From positions 1 to 57,172 of IMG/VR virus record IMGVR_UViG_3300046757_000226: a stretch of 57,172 bases of DNA. One strand, 5' to 3'. Numbering within the stretch: position 1 is the stretch's first letter; each line of letters opens with the position of its first letter. The notes beneath the pieces are model-generated. The model saw only the letters and a list, made by a program, of their open reading frames with translations, ran no database searches and was not told the origin of the DNA. Origin of the DNA: a virus (taxonomy: Duplodnaviria; Caudoviricetes). This document shows positions 19,262-29,104 of this stretch, one piece after another. Made by a program: the position numbers and the translations under genes.

Positions 19262-20166
19262 TGTAATAATACCTTTGTTAACGGAATGTCTGCTACACAT
19301 GTACACCATTTGCGTGTACAGATAACAGGAGCAACAGGAGATTCAAATGTGCCGTCGTATATGTTACCTAAACTGTCACCAACTCTACATGTAGCACGAT
19401 GTACGTTACCGTCCCAGTTGATCATTAAACTTTCTAATCCTGCGTTACATGTCCAACCTTCAAATGCATTTAATTTATGTTTAATTACATCGTTTGCATG
19501 GATTAAGTCTTTATCGTTTACTACGCAATTTGCTTTTACGGTTGATTTCTTATCTAATATCCATGCTAGATCTTTTTCTTTATAACGCATGTCGTCAAAG
19601 TAATCTCGATCTTCAGCATCGGTCCAACGTATACGTCGACACACATAGGGAATGTTATGGCCTTCTAACAACTGTGCTGCTTGACGAACTTTGTCCATAT
19701 GTTCATGATGGCACATTAGATTTACTTGAAATTTGGTATCTTTACTATGCATGTCTAACAACTGGCTGTAATAAACAATATTTTCAGCTGCTCTTTGACT
19801 ATGTTCGTTATCAAAGTGCAAACTAAACACCCATTGGTCTACTGGTTGTTTTGCATACCATTCAGACAAGCGAAGCCCGTTTGTAGTAATACTAATCCAT
19901 TGCAATCTTGCTTTTGCACATTCTATTATTTTTTCTATCTTTGGATGTACAGTAGGTTCACCGCCAGTTAAACTTAGACGTATAGGTTTGCCAATTTTTT
20001 CTAATTCGTAAATAGTATTAACCATAACGTCTAAGTCAGTATGCGGGCTAAAGTTATCGTGTATTTCTGCAGGACAGTAAGAACAATCTAAATTACAGCG
20101 TTTACCAATATTCCATTCTACATGAATACTATTTTGATGCCCCCACCGGCTTTCTACTTTATACAT
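19258..20166 (-). CDS. radical SAM enzyme with C-terminal Twitch-like domain
   Basis: CNLDCSYC, TGGEP, TTNG, CNAG...ATC...CTRKWCTCVAD; ATG 20166 overlaps the upstream gene end. Confidence 0.9.
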   Translation of the reverse strand: MYKVESRWGHQNSIHVEWNIGKRCNLDCSYCPAEIHDNFSPHTDLDVMVNTIYELEKIGKPIRLSLTGGEPTVHPKIEKIIECAKARLQWISITTNGLRLSEWYAKQPVDQWVFSLHFDNEHSQRAAENIVYYSQLLDMHSKDTKFQVNLMCHHEHMDKVRQAAQLLEGHNIPYVCRRIRWTDAEDRDYFDDMRYKEKDLAWILDKKSTVKANCVVNDKDLIHANDVIKHKLNAFEGWTCNAGLESLMINWDGNVHRATCRVGDSLGNIYDGTFESPVAPVICTRKWCTCVADIPLTKVLLQ

Positions 20167-21499
20167 AAGATTCAAACTCTGGATTAGCACTTAAGAAGTT
20201 TTGATTACGAGTTTTATCTAATCTACGATTAAATTCTATACAATCTTGCCAATGTGATTCATACATACACTTTGCTTGTAAAAAGTTTATATTATCTTGT
20301 ATCTGTTGTAGTGTAACTTTTTTAAGCAAGTCGTTTTGTTCTACTAACGGATAAGATAATACAGTTTCTTTCATTACTTCAAGATTATTAATAACCTGTT
20401 GTTTTAGGACAGGCGGCAATACCTGTGCAGACAATGACATAGGGTAATTTACTCTATGTGAATAAAATATAATACCCATATCATTTAAGAAGTAATCAAT
20501 AACTTTGTCTATCTGCATAATATTATTTGCTTGTACAGTAAACGCACCCACTACTCTACTTACATTAGAAAAGCTCTTAAACACTTTAATGTTTTCTTCT
20601 ATTTCACTAAACTTGCCGTTGCCTCTAATGTATTCGTATACATCGTGTATACCGTCTATACTTACATTTACAGCAACACTTTTAAACTTAGGCCAATAGT
20701 CGTGTATAGTACGTCCGCCTTTAATGCCTAGCGTAGTGCCGTTTGTAGCATATTTGATTTCAATATTTTTACCGTATGGTGCTAACATGTCTAGTATTTT
20801 ATAATGGTATGGATCCATTAATGGCTCGCCGCCTGCAAACTCTACACGCCTAAAATATGGCAATAATTTTTCAAATGATGTCCACCAGTTATCGCTGTTA
20901 TCAAACGGGCCAATATATTGTCCGGGTTTGCTTACTAGTGCATCAACTGTAGGAATAAGATAATTGTTTTCTTTTTTATAAAACTCTGTAACTTGATCCC
21001 AATCTTTCCAACTAGTTGAATCAAGTGGATTACACATACGACATTTTAAATTACATAAATTGTTTAGTTTTATCTCCATTGTAGGAAGTTCAAATGGCAT
21101 TGTATAATCTTCTTCTTCTAATGCATCTAGTGCATCAGGATATAAGTTTGCTCTAGCTTCTGGTATAACTCCTGCTATATGACGCTGTCGTAAGCTCTCT
21201 ACACCCTGATCTTCTAAGTCAAAACACGGCTTGCATACATCTGGTCGTTCGTTATTAAGCACTTGCTTGCGTACTTCACGCATAGCATTACCATTCCATA
21301 CTTCTTCTAAACTTTCTTCTTGTATCCAGCCAATAGGTTGACTACGACAGCATACCTTAATGGCGCCGTCTTCTCGAGTAGCAAGTCCTGTAAAAGGATG
21401 CATACAAAAAGTACAACTATTTTGCTTGTTCAATAGCCCATTCTCTTTCTTTACACCAAAAACATTCTCCACAAAGTGGAACATCTTGTCCTGGTTCAT
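20159..21499 (-). CDS. radical SAM enzyme with N-terminal Twitch-like cluster
   Basis: CNLKCRMC, FAGGEP, TFCMHPF...VCC...CKPC, C-terminal LDKTRNQNF...PEF; true start may be TTG 21433. Confidence 0.9.
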   Translation of the reverse strand: MNQDKMFHFVENVFGVKKENGLLNKQNSCTFCMHPFTGLATREDGAIKVCCRSQPIGWIQEESLEEVWNGNAMREVRKQVLNNERPDVCKPCFDLEDQGVESLRQRHIAGVIPEARANLYPDALDALEEEDYTMPFELPTMEIKLNNLCNLKCRMCNPLDSTSWKDWDQVTEFYKKENNYLIPTVDALVSKPGQYIGPFDNSDNWWTSFEKLLPYFRRVEFAGGEPLMDPYHYKILDMLAPYGKNIEIKYATNGTTLGIKGGRTIHDYWPKFKSVAVNVSIDGIHDVYEYIRGNGKFSEIEENIKVFKSFSNVSRVVGAFTVQANNIMQIDKVIDYFLNDMGIIFYSHRVNYPMSLSAQVLPPVLKQQVINNLEVMKETVLSYPLVEQNDLLKKVTLQQIQDNINFLQAKCMYESHWQDCIEFNRRLDKTRNQNFLSANPEFESYV

Positions 21500-22094
21500 A
21501 CGTAGTGTAGTCTAAGCCTGCAAATTCGCCTTCGCAACTACGTGTTAAATTTAGTAAGTTTTCAATACCGTTTTCATAGTATTGTTTTATTATCCAGTCT
21601 TTTTTAGTATACACGAATGGATGACAAATGTCAACTCCATTATGCACAAAATGTGGCTGAATATGTCCATAATCTCTTTCAGCAACCTTTCCTGGAATAT
21701 CTATGTCAGGATTCATGTTTACACCAGCATATAGTGCATCTAAGTTATATTGGTAAGCAACATACTCGTTGTGTGCTCTGAGTATAATTCTATTACCCGG
21801 TTTCATTTTTCCATATTCGTCTTTGATAAGATATTCAGTAGGCTCTTCTAATTCTGGGGGAATAAGATTTTGAATATGGTGTATACGATGAGGAAAATTA
21901 AATCTAAACCATCGAACAACTTGTTGAGCAACATATCCTTGCCAAGGTCTTGTCTTCCACATACGCACTTGTGTAGTAAAATAGATTTCTGCGTTTGATT
22001 GTTTTAAAATAAGATATGCAAGTAGTGCGCTATCAGCACCTCCACTAAGACTTATTCCTATTTTCTTCCAAGATTGATTTAAATATAATTCCAT
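21417..22094 (-). CDS. QueC-like PP-loop ATPase (non-canonical)
   Basis: SLSGGADS PP-loop, PF...K, TRSC...CGECFWCKER Zn motif; lacks QueC YPDCR; start 22094 set by TAAATA-N5-ATG. Confidence 0.75.
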   Translation of the reverse strand: MELYLNQSWKKIGISLSGGADSALLAYLILKQSNAEIYFTTQVRMWKTRPWQGYVAQQVVRWFRFNFPHRIHHIQNLIPPELEEPTEYLIKDEYGKMKPGNRIILRAHNEYVAYQYNLDALYAGVNMNPDIDIPGKVAERDYGHIQPHFVHNGVDICHPFVYTKKDWIIKQYYENGIENLLNLTRSCEGEFAGLDYTTYEPGQDVPLCGECFWCKEREWAIEQAK

Positions 22095-22151
22095 CTTAAT
22101 ATTTACCAAGAAATATGCGCTGTTAATTCAAATGCGGTAAATATGTATATG
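22092..22151. promoter_or_regulatory. divergent late-type promoter pair
   Basis: Minus: TAAATA (22105-22100), 5 nt, ATG 22094. Plus: TAAATA (22138-22143), 5 nt, ATG 22149. ATATGCGCTGTTAAT between them. Confidence 0.75.
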
Positions 22152-22793
22152 CTACAAAAAACCCCTTATAAAGTTGCACTTGATGGTATTGATGTCATTG
22201 TTGACAAGGGTAAGCATGACCTAACGTATCCAACAGGTGACTTTTTTTATGATCCTTGGGATATAAAAGAAGAATTTAAAGGAACACTTTGGGAAGAAAT
22301 ATGGTGCAGTCTTCCTGGAGATACTGGACAAGCACGAATCATAGTTTTAGAGTCGCCAAGTTGCTATACACAACATGCAGACATTGATGATAGATACCAT
22401 TTAAATTTATTCGGTGATGAAGATTATCTTATAGACTTACAAAGTAAAGAAATGCATAAACTTGAAAAAGATGGTATTTGGTATGAAATGGATGCAGGAC
22501 GTTTACACACAGCTATAAGCGTAGGTGAACATTTGCGTATGCAACTTGTAGTTAGAAAATTATTAAAGCGCAATGCTCTAAAAAATCCTACACCTGTAGG
22601 TATTGCAGCTTCTGGAGATAATCCTCGTTATCATTTTGATAATATATTAAGTCCGTGGCTAAACCGTGCGAACAAAAGAGGTATTATTAATAATTTTGTT
22701 CACAGCGGTGGCAGTGTTTACTTCGATGTAGAAAAAGAAAATGCCCCAGAACTAATACAAATTATGCCTAAGGATTTTAAATTATGGATATAG
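22149..22793 (+). CDS. Fe(II)/2OG oxygenase (Asp/Asn beta-hydroxylase-like)
   Basis: HAD...RYHL, distal H (LHTA), R in RMQLV. Confidence 0.7.
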   Translation: MLQKTPYKVALDGIDVIVDKGKHDLTYPTGDFFYDPWDIKEEFKGTLWEEIWCSLPGDTGQARIIVLESPSCYTQHADIDDRYHLNLFGDEDYLIDLQSKEMHKLEKDGIWYEMDAGRLHTAISVGEHLRMQLVVRKLLKRNALKNPTPVGIAASGDNPRYHFDNILSPWLNRANKRGIINNFVHSGGSVYFDVEKENAPELIQIMPKDFKLWI

Positions 22794-23473
22794 AAGATTG
22801 GAAGCCCTACTTAAAATTAGACACAGTAGGACGATCGTGCATGGCACAACAAACATATGAGCCTTTAGTAAGTCCTGATGGTAAAACATTTTGTAAAAAT
22901 TACGAATTTCCGAATGAGTATCAATATAGAGATGAAAAAGATCGTCCATTGTATACTGACGAAGTATGTGATTGGTTTTTTGATAACGAAGTAAAATATC
23001 TGTTAAAGTTTGAAGACAAACCTTATGCACCTGAAATAATTGATATTGATTTTATTAATCGCCGCATATTTATAGATTGGTACAGCAAAAGTTGTAATCA
23101 AATAATGTATGCTGAAAATAAGAGTTGGCCACAAGGTGAATGGCGAGCCCAAATCAAAGAAATTATACTTGATCAATATAATGAAGGTATATATAAATTA
23201 ACAATGTATCCACACTGCCACTATATTGATAGTCAAGGACAAATGCGAGCAATTGATTGGTACGGATGTGTACCAGTAGACGCTCCGTATATTGAAGAAA
23301 AATATATGCAAGGTATAATACACGATACTGCACAGTTTAGATTAGAGGAAACAGGAAAAGCAGTTGACAGTGTATTAAATTTAGAAACTATGTTCAAGCG
23401 TAGTTTAGGCACTCATGTACTTTGGGGAGATCAAAACATGAGTTATATATACAAGGAATTATTTAATGCCTAA
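22784..23473 (+). CDS. protein-kinase-like fold protein with degenerate catalytic loop
   Basis: FCKNY, NEVKYL, APEIIDID, GIYKLTMYPHCHY (in place of HxDxxxxN), AIDWY. Confidence 0.5.
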   Translation: MDIEDWKPYLKLDTVGRSCMAQQTYEPLVSPDGKTFCKNYEFPNEYQYRDEKDRPLYTDEVCDWFFDNEVKYLLKFEDKPYAPEIIDIDFINRRIFIDWYSKSCNQIMYAENKSWPQGEWRAQIKEIILDQYNEGIYKLTMYPHCHYIDSQGQMRAIDWYGCVPVDAPYIEEKYMQGIIHDTAQFRLEETGKAVDSVLNLETMFKRSLGTHVLWGDQNMSYIYKELFNA

Positions 23474-24038
23474 ATATTTTGGAACTACAAATAATATTAT
23501 AGACTGGGATCCTATTGTAAGCGTCTGTAAAGAGTGTACAATAGGGGATGTTAATACTCCGGTTGCTGTAATTGATAGAAGTGAAGCAGAAGCCGAAGGC
23601 ACATTGTTAGAAAGCTACAGAGATATTATGAACACTTGGCTTGACGCCGGTTATAAACTAGAAGAAATAAAATGGGTTGACTATTATCCTGGAGAACATT
23701 TTGATATTGAGATACAAAACAAATTTGCAGAAATAGTAGATGCACAACCTTTAAGAGTGTTTGTAAGTGACGTTGCTCCGGGAACAAATGTTCCATATCA
23801 TTGGGACGTTGAAGACAAAGAAGAAGAATGGTTAGCACAAGGCGAACTAAAACGTTGGGTGTGTTTTATGGACAAACCCCGTTGGGGAAGCGTATTAATA
23901 TTAGAGGACGAAGCATTTCACAATACAGCTCAAGGTGAAATATGGGAGTGGGATAATTATCGCAGTCATCACGCAGGAACAAGTATGGGAATTCATCACC
24001 AGTATTTGTTTCATTTTTTAGGAAGGCCAAACAAATGA
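23466..24038 (+). CDS. Fe(II)/2OG or cupin-type oxygenase
   Basis: PGTNVPYHWD, distal HHAG. Confidence 0.65.
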   Translation: MPKYFGTTNNIIDWDPIVSVCKECTIGDVNTPVAVIDRSEAEAEGTLLESYRDIMNTWLDAGYKLEEIKWVDYYPGEHFDIEIQNKFAEIVDAQPLRVFVSDVAPGTNVPYHWDVEDKEEEWLAQGELKRWVCFMDKPRWGSVLILEDEAFHNTAQGEIWEWDNYRSHHAGTSMGIHHQYLFHFLGRPNK

Positions 24039-24562
24039 AAAACTTAGGAGTATGCGATACTATAGATTGGGATAACGTTATTAAACAATGCGCAAGTGTT
24101 GAACCTGAGTTTGTAGGACCAAGTCACAAACGTGGAGATACTATACCTGGTTTAGATCCTATATTAGATATGTGGGAAGAAGCAGGATATAAAACTGTAC
24201 ACGAAGGCGGCACAGCTGGCTGGGATATGTTTATTCCTGGAAAGCAATTTGATCAAAGTATAGCAGATGCATGGAATGAATTTTATGGATTAGAATGTGA
24301 TAACATTTGGATCAGTAGAGTATGGCCAGGAAGATTTGCACCTATACATTGGGATGTACACGATGACGAAGTTAATTTACCTGACTGCCCAAGATATCAT
24401 TGTCATATAGGAAAACCACAGTGGGGACACATTTTTATTGCAGATGAAGAACTATTTTACAATCAGCCACAAGGTACAACTTGGGAATGGACTGATAGAA
24501 AGATATGGCATGCAGGAACAAACTGTGGAACACAACCTAAGTATATATGGAATGCGTGGTAA
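24035..24562 (+). CDS. Fe(II)/2OG or cupin-type oxygenase, paralog of preceding gene
   Basis: PGRFAPIHWD, WHAGTN, PKY. Confidence 0.65.
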   Translation: MKNLGVCDTIDWDNVIKQCASVEPEFVGPSHKRGDTIPGLDPILDMWEEAGYKTVHEGGTAGWDMFIPGKQFDQSIADAWNEFYGLECDNIWISRVWPGRFAPIHWDVHDDEVNLPDCPRYHCHIGKPQWGHIFIADEELFYNQPQGTTWEWTDRKIWHAGTNCGTQPKYIWNAW

Positions 24563-25593
24563 TGGAAACAGGAATAGTACAATGGTTTAATGACGCAAAA
24601 GGTTTTGGCTTTGTAGAAACTGAAAAAGGCGATCAAATTATTTGCGAGAAATGGCATATGATTGATGAAATTAAAACATTATATCCAAGACAGAAAATAC
24701 AATTTAATAGATTCCCCCACAATGGCAGAGAACATGCTGGAGAGATTACAGTATTAGAAAACAATGCAGTGCCTGAACCTATTTTAAATATGAAAGAAGG
24801 TAGGGTATTTTGCAAAGAACCTTTAATTATAGTTTTTGATAATGCTGTACCAGAAAATATATGTGACGAGATAATTGCTAAACATATTGCTGATGGCATG
24901 AATCCCGATAGTGGTAAACAAAGTAGGCAAGAAAGTTATACACAAGTAACAGAAGATGTAGAACAGCGTGGTATTAGTTTAGGGATGGACCCACACCACT
25001 ACGGAATTATTACAGATGCAATTGTTAAAAATTGCGGATTTCCAAATACTTTAATTGAAGCAATTGACATATATAATTACGATGTAGGCAGATACTTAGA
25101 CTTGCACCACGATTATCCTTACTTCCCAGACAAAATTAATTATTACAGTCATGGCGGAAACGACAGAGTAGGCACAGGCATACTTTATTTGAATGACGAT
25201 TACGATGGCGGCACAACATACTTTCCAAAATTAGATGTTGACATAAAACCTAAAAAAGGAAGTTTGCTATATTTTAAACAATGTTATGATGAACCTACAA
25301 ACTGGAGCACCATACATGAAAGTACAGTAATTACAAAAGGCAAAAAGTGGATTGCAAGTTGTTTCTTTAGTGAAACAGACCGCATAGGATATACAGATAG
25401 AGAGGATTTCATGCCAGAAGATAACCCAACATTCGACGAGCCATTTTATGTTAAAAAGTTTATGGAAATACAACGTGCTAATGTACAGTTGTATAGAAAA
25501 CTAAAGCGTCTAGAAGACAGTGACGCAGCAGATATTGTAGAAAAAGAATTAGGTGAAGATTTTTTTAAAAATCTAGAAAACTTAATAAAATGA
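24562..25593 (+). CDS. cold-shock domain fused to prolyl-4-hydroxylase-type 2OG-Fe(II) oxygenase
   Basis: N-terminal GIVQWFNDAKGFGFV (CSD RNP-1); C-terminal HHD, ILYLND, GGTTYFP, IHES, KW. TAATG overlap sets the start at 24562. Confidence 0.8.
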   Translation: METGIVQWFNDAKGFGFVETEKGDQIICEKWHMIDEIKTLYPRQKIQFNRFPHNGREHAGEITVLENNAVPEPILNMKEGRVFCKEPLIIVFDNAVPENICDEIIAKHIADGMNPDSGKQSRQESYTQVTEDVEQRGISLGMDPHHYGIITDAIVKNCGFPNTLIEAIDIYNYDVGRYLDLHHDYPYFPDKINYYSHGGNDRVGTGILYLNDDYDGGTTYFPKLDVDIKPKKGSLLYFKQCYDEPTNWSTIHESTVITKGKKWIASCFFSETDRIGYTDREDFMPEDNPTFDEPFYVKKFMEIQRANVQLYRKLKRLEDSDAADIVEKELGEDFFKNLENLIK

Positions 25594-26033
25594 CGTTTTA
25601 TATAGCAGGCAGTACAAGAGGCTTAGGCAAATACTTGCGTAAGAGATTTGATTGCACTAGCATAGATAGGCCTACAGATCTTCTTACAGATATTGATGAA
25701 GTTGTAGAATTGTTTAATGAAGGCGATTGCGTAATTTTAAATGCACATGCTAATCAATTAGAATATGTAGAAAAATTAAAAGACAAATGCAGTCTTGTAA
25801 TTATGGGTAGTTTAGCAGCAGTATATCCTGATCAGTTAATGCCAGATTATAGTGCAGATAAATTAGTTTTAGAAAAAACTATACAAGAATATGCAATACA
25901 CAGCAAGTTTCCTATGCTTTATTTGCGACTTACTAGCAGCAGTTACCGTGATTATGTACTAATTGGTAATAGCATACAGTTTTGGTTGGACAATCAAGAC
26001 GTAACTTTTATAGGATATAATATTAATGAGTGA
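25590..26033 (+). CDS. minimal short-chain dehydrogenase/reductase
   Basis: AGSTRGLG, ILNA, MGS, YSADK (YxxxK); 147 aa. Confidence 0.65.
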   Translation: MTFYIAGSTRGLGKYLRKRFDCTSIDRPTDLLTDIDEVVELFNEGDCVILNAHANQLEYVEKLKDKCSLVIMGSLAAVYPDQLMPDYSADKLVLEKTIQEYAIHSKFPMLYLRLTSSSYRDYVLIGNSIQFWLDNQDVTFIGYNINE

Positions 26034-26637
26034 AAACAAAATAGTAATTACAGGACATACCACAGGACTTGGTAAAGCAATTTATGATAAGTTTACAGAA
26101 GTAAGCTGTCGTAAAATTGTAGGCCTAAGTCGAAGTAACGGATATGATATTGATAAAGATTTTGATAAAGTTGTTGAAGAAGCAACAGGTGCAGAAATTT
26201 TTATTAATAATGCGTATCGTGACAAGCAACAATTAAAGTTGTTACATGCACTAAAAGATAAAGTAGATATGATGATTGTAATGGGAAGTGTTAGCCGATT
26301 CTATCCAGAAATTATTCCTACAGATTATGTAAATGACAAACAAGAATTGGCAGAAGCATGTAGAGCAGAAAGTTTAAAGCCAAATAGTATTCCCATATTA
26401 CATTTAGATTTAGGATTTCTTGAAAATCCTGATAATGCAGGACTGATGAAATATATTTCTCCTACAGATTTTACTAGTGATTATAATACACCTTTAGAAG
26501 ATGTTGTTGACACTATTATGTTTTGGGCACAAAAACCAAATATTAGAGAAATTGAATTTACATGGAAATTAACTGATCACGTAAGAAGTGAATTTAATCG
26601 TATAAACCCTAATGCAGATCTATCAAGAGTCGAATAA
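26026..26637 (+). CDS. short-chain dehydrogenase/reductase
   Basis: TGHTTGLG, FINNA, MGS, YVNDK (YxxxK). Confidence 0.75.
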   Translation: MSENKIVITGHTTGLGKAIYDKFTEVSCRKIVGLSRSNGYDIDKDFDKVVEEATGAEIFINNAYRDKQQLKLLHALKDKVDMMIVMGSVSRFYPEIIPTDYVNDKQELAEACRAESLKPNSIPILHLDLGFLENPDNAGLMKYISPTDFTSDYNTPLEDVVDTIMFWAQKPNIREIEFTWKLTDHVRSEFNRINPNADLSRVE

Positions 26638-27297
26638 GTGCGGTTCTAAGCGGATACAAATAAAAAGCCAATCTTCGTTTGATGGGTTCCATACTGCATG
26701 TGGACTATTTGTTGCATCAAAAATATATGCATCGTATAAACCCATATCGTTAATCCTGTCGTCTACTTTTAATTTAACTTCATTATTACTTTTAATGTTT
26801 ACTAGCAACGAATAATTAGGAGTTCCGTCATCGCCATCGGTGTGAGTATGTAGTACACTAGAAGGAGAGAACCAAAAGATTAATGCTTCTCTAGCAATAT
26901 CGCATTTATCTAAATATAAATTTTGTTCTCTTAATAAATTACTCACATACGGATGCGCCCAATCTTTATCTGAGTAATAAGAATAAATTACTCTCCATTC
27001 AGATTCTTGTTTTAACAAGTGTTGACTTTCCTTAGGAAAATTATACATTAGTTCTTCTGTTATCTCGTCACTTTCGGTTTCACAAGACGAAGTAAGATGC
27101 GCCATATTATCTTTATATTGTAAAAAACTCCAAGATTCAAAATCATGGTAAGTTGGATTTTTTAATATGTTTTTTTTAATGTCATTAACATCTAAGTTTT
27201 CAAAGTTTGTTTTTACATATTTTACTAATTCTTTTATCTTAGATAGATTTTCACCTTCTAAAACTTTCTTTACACCAGCGTCTTGTTTTATATCCAT
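26623..27297 (-). CDS. Fe(II)/2OG oxygenase (Asp/Asn beta-hydroxylase-like)
   Basis: LHTHTD, FDATNSPHAVWN. Confidence 0.65.
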   Translation of the reverse strand: MDIKQDAGVKKVLEGENLSKIKELVKYVKTNFENLDVNDIKKNILKNPTYHDFESWSFLQYKDNMAHLTSSCETESDEITEELMYNFPKESQHLLKQESEWRVIYSYYSDKDWAHPYVSNLLREQNLYLDKCDIAREALIFWFSPSSVLHTHTDGDDGTPNYSLLVNIKSNNEVKLKVDDRINDMGLYDAYIFDATNSPHAVWNPSNEDWLFICIRLEPHLFDS

Positions 27298-27845
27298 CTT
27301 TCAAATCTTTCTAAATTTTCATAAAACTTATCGGGATGTATTTCCCACACAGTTTGATCAGTATGTCTATAATGAACATCTTTAATTTTTTCAACTATGC
27401 CTAATTTAGCAAGAGTGGGAAAATAGTAACTGTGTACTAGACGTTGACTTGCTTCTTTACTAGCATTTGATGTTGCAAACATTCTTCCACGTCCTGCAAT
27501 CCATTCTATACATTGCGGCAGTAAAAATTGATCAGTTAAGTTTTGATGTTCTGCTACTAGTCGTTTGGGCGTAATCAATCCTCTACGTTCTGCTGCTTCT
27601 GCAAATGTACAAACACGAGTAAGTATACGATACCCACCTGGCATAACATCATCAAACGAATGTGCTGCTACACTGCCTATTGCTTTATCTTTATCATAAA
27701 GTATCCAAGCATTCCATTCACGTTCGTTCTTAAAACAATCAATCATTGCTTTTTGACTAGAGTTATTTACAAATCCCCTCTTAGTTGCTTCTTCGTAAAA
27801 CTCTGTTAGATCTAAATTTTTATTCCATTCTACTAGTTTATACAT
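27288..27845 (-). CDS. putative GNAT-fold acyltransferase
   Basis: WILYDKDKAIGSVAAH...YRILTRVC strand pattern; weak motif support. Confidence 0.45.
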   Translation of the reverse strand: MYKLVEWNKNLDLTEFYEEATKRGFVNNSSQKAMIDCFKNEREWNAWILYDKDKAIGSVAAHSFDDVMPGGYRILTRVCTFAEAAERRGLITPKRLVAEHQNLTDQFLLPQCIEWIAGRGRMFATSNASKEASQRLVHSYYFPTLAKLGIVEKIKDVHYRHTDQTVWEIHPDKFYENLERFERWI

Positions 27846-28419
27846 AATCGTCTTCGTTTAATGGCTTGTGCAAATGTACGGATATTAGACTCCAGTAATC
27901 ATTTGAAAAATTCCATCCTTCGTGCAGTATGGTAGCAGTGTCACAACCTATCATTTTTCCTGGCGTTGTAGAATATATTTCTTCGCCAAATTTAAGACCA
28001 ACTATATTTGGATCTTTAGATGGAACATGTACTGGTATAACAATTTTATATGCATAATCGTCATCGTCAAGATGCTTAGGAATAGTTGTATGAGGTGAAA
28101 TTACATGATACATAACTCTATCTATTTTCTTATTTTTAGAAAAACACTCTTGTATATCTTTAAATGTTTCTTGTACTAGTGTATTAACATTGCCTGTACT
28201 GTATATTTCTAAATTATGCCAGTCAACATTTCCAACAGGAAGTTCGTCGTCGCTACCAATTTCTTTTTCAATTAATGTGTTATCTATTAGAATATAATGG
28301 CTCTTGTTAACTTTATCATAATAGTCTTTAAAATTAAATCCTTTTTCTAATAGAGAATTTATAACAACAGGTATTGTATCTTCTTTAATTAAATTTTTAC
28401 ATTGTTCGTGATTAAGCAT
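27838..28419 (-). CDS. Fe(II)/2OG oxygenase (Asp/Asn beta-hydroxylase-like)
   Basis: IPKHLD, IPVHVP, LHEGWN. Confidence 0.7.
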   Translation of the reverse strand: MLNHEQCKNLIKEDTIPVVINSLLEKGFNFKDYYDKVNKSHYILIDNTLIEKEIGSDDELPVGNVDWHNLEIYSTGNVNTLVQETFKDIQECFSKNKKIDRVMYHVISPHTTIPKHLDDDDYAYKIVIPVHVPSKDPNIVGLKFGEEIYSTTPGKMIGCDTATILHEGWNFSNDYWSLISVHLHKPLNEDDYV

Positions 28420-29104
28420 AGATTTCTTTAGCCCTTTCCATTACATCATCTCTAAAGTTAGTTTTAAAACTATCAAATGCTAAGATTTGTATATTACTAT
28501 GTGCAGTAGGAGCATCAACATCAATACCATTTGCTTTCATTTTTGGAAACAAATCAGCTTGCCTATCTTCACTTATATGGCTCATTACACTACGTAGACT
28601 AATAGGGTTGTCAGTTTGATCGTAAGTAAAAAAATAATTCATACTTTTTAGTTTACCGTTTACAATAAAATAACTAGACGGATGTAAACTATATTTTGTT
28701 AATCCTAGATCTTTGTGTGCTTGTAATATTTCAAGCATTTGTTCATCCCAATTGGGTAAAACTTTACTGTAGTCTGTGCCTTGACAACCTGCAAGCTCCC
28801 ACATATCAGGACCGTCAATTTCTAAATACACTTTACGATGTTTTTCATCTATGCTAAAAATAGGAACATGTTGAGGATATTCCTTTTGCATAAGTCTTAA
28901 AAATTTTATTTCACGCTCAAATTTTTCATCCATTAAACTAGGATCAACAACTTGATTATGTCCACCGTGATATTTTTCATCATTGTAGTACCATTGACAA
29001 AATACTTGTTTTTGTTTACTAATTAGACTTGTGTAAATTAAATTATTTCTACACATGCCTTTATCTGGTACATTATTGTAATAATATTCAAAATGATTGT
29101 GCAT
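28412..29104 (-). CDS. protein-kinase-like fold protein with degenerate catalytic loop, paralog of 22784-23473
   Basis: REIKFL, HVPIFSID, VYLEI, GLTKYSLHPSSYF, SMNYF. Confidence 0.5.
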   Translation of the reverse strand: MHNHFEYYYNNVPDKGMCRNNLIYTSLISKQKQVFCQWYYNDEKYHGGHNQVVDPSLMDEKFEREIKFLRLMQKEYPQHVPIFSIDEKHRKVYLEIDGPDMWELAGCQGTDYSKVLPNWDEQMLEILQAHKDLGLTKYSLHPSSYFIVNGKLKSMNYFFTYDQTDNPISLRSVMSHISEDRQADLFPKMKANGIDVDAPTAHSNIQILAFDSFKTNFRDDVMERAKEIYA

